Of a DNA stretch of 64,000 nt, positions 63,931 to 64,000 are shown one piece after another. The notes under the pieces were generated by a model. It searched no databases. It saw nothing but the letters and a program-made list of their open reading frames with translations, and was not told the origin of the DNA. Position 1 is the first letter of the stretch; each line of letters begins with the position of its first letter. The stretch is from Piromyces finnis finn (Eukaryota; Fungi; Neocallimastigomycota). The stretch covers positions 1,116,001 through 1,180,000 of the forward strand of contig MCFH01000006.1 in assembly GCA_002104945.1 (NCBI GenBank), in the 5' to 3' direction. Made by a program: the position numbers and the translations under genes.

Positions 63931-64000
63931 ATGTCTTTATATATTTATTCTCAACCAATTCACTCATTTGAAAATTCATTATTCGATGATTTCGATAATG
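63931..64000 (+). CDS. HSP20: Small heat-shock protein, copy 7 (cut by window end)
   Basis: Starts MSLYIYSQPIHSFENSLFDDFDN with the shared upstream block. Confidence 0.9.
   Translation, partial: MSLYIYSQPIHSFENSLFDDFDN

Larger units (their letters stand above)
39091..64000 (+). repeat. HSP20 tandem array, unit ~2.6 kb, split into two sub-arrays by GH48
   Basis: ATG-to-ATG distances 2633 (copies 1-2), 2586 (4-5), 2614 (5-6) and 2602 (6-7). Confidence 0.93.

Overview
Eukaryotic, extremely AT-rich window with spliceosomal introns. It is almost certainly from an anaerobic gut fungus (Neocallimastigomycota), as shown by a GH48 cellulase with two CBM10 non-catalytic dockerins. 1-6.7 kb: head-to-tail stack of four ends of one APE-type non-LTR retrotransposon (LINE) family, including one near-full-length copy. 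9-38 kb: host genes (HVA22/REEP, a 147-aa tandem double-homeodomain protein, INTS3, UMP1, RCL1, URA3, a Cys-rich type I membrane protein, a small membrane protein), long (AAT)n tracts, and a tRNA-derived SINE with a 12-bp TSD that shares two motifs with the LINE. 39-64 kb: array of at least 7 intronless HSP20 genes (~2.6-kb unit) interrupted by a second near-full-length LINE and by the GH48 gene. Each HSP20 copy has a 10-bp-phased TTC array upstream (step-type HSE geometry), and the spacers carry a scrambled LINE relic. Gene models, alignments and RNA folds were read by eye with no searches run, so exon ends and family calls should be confirmed.
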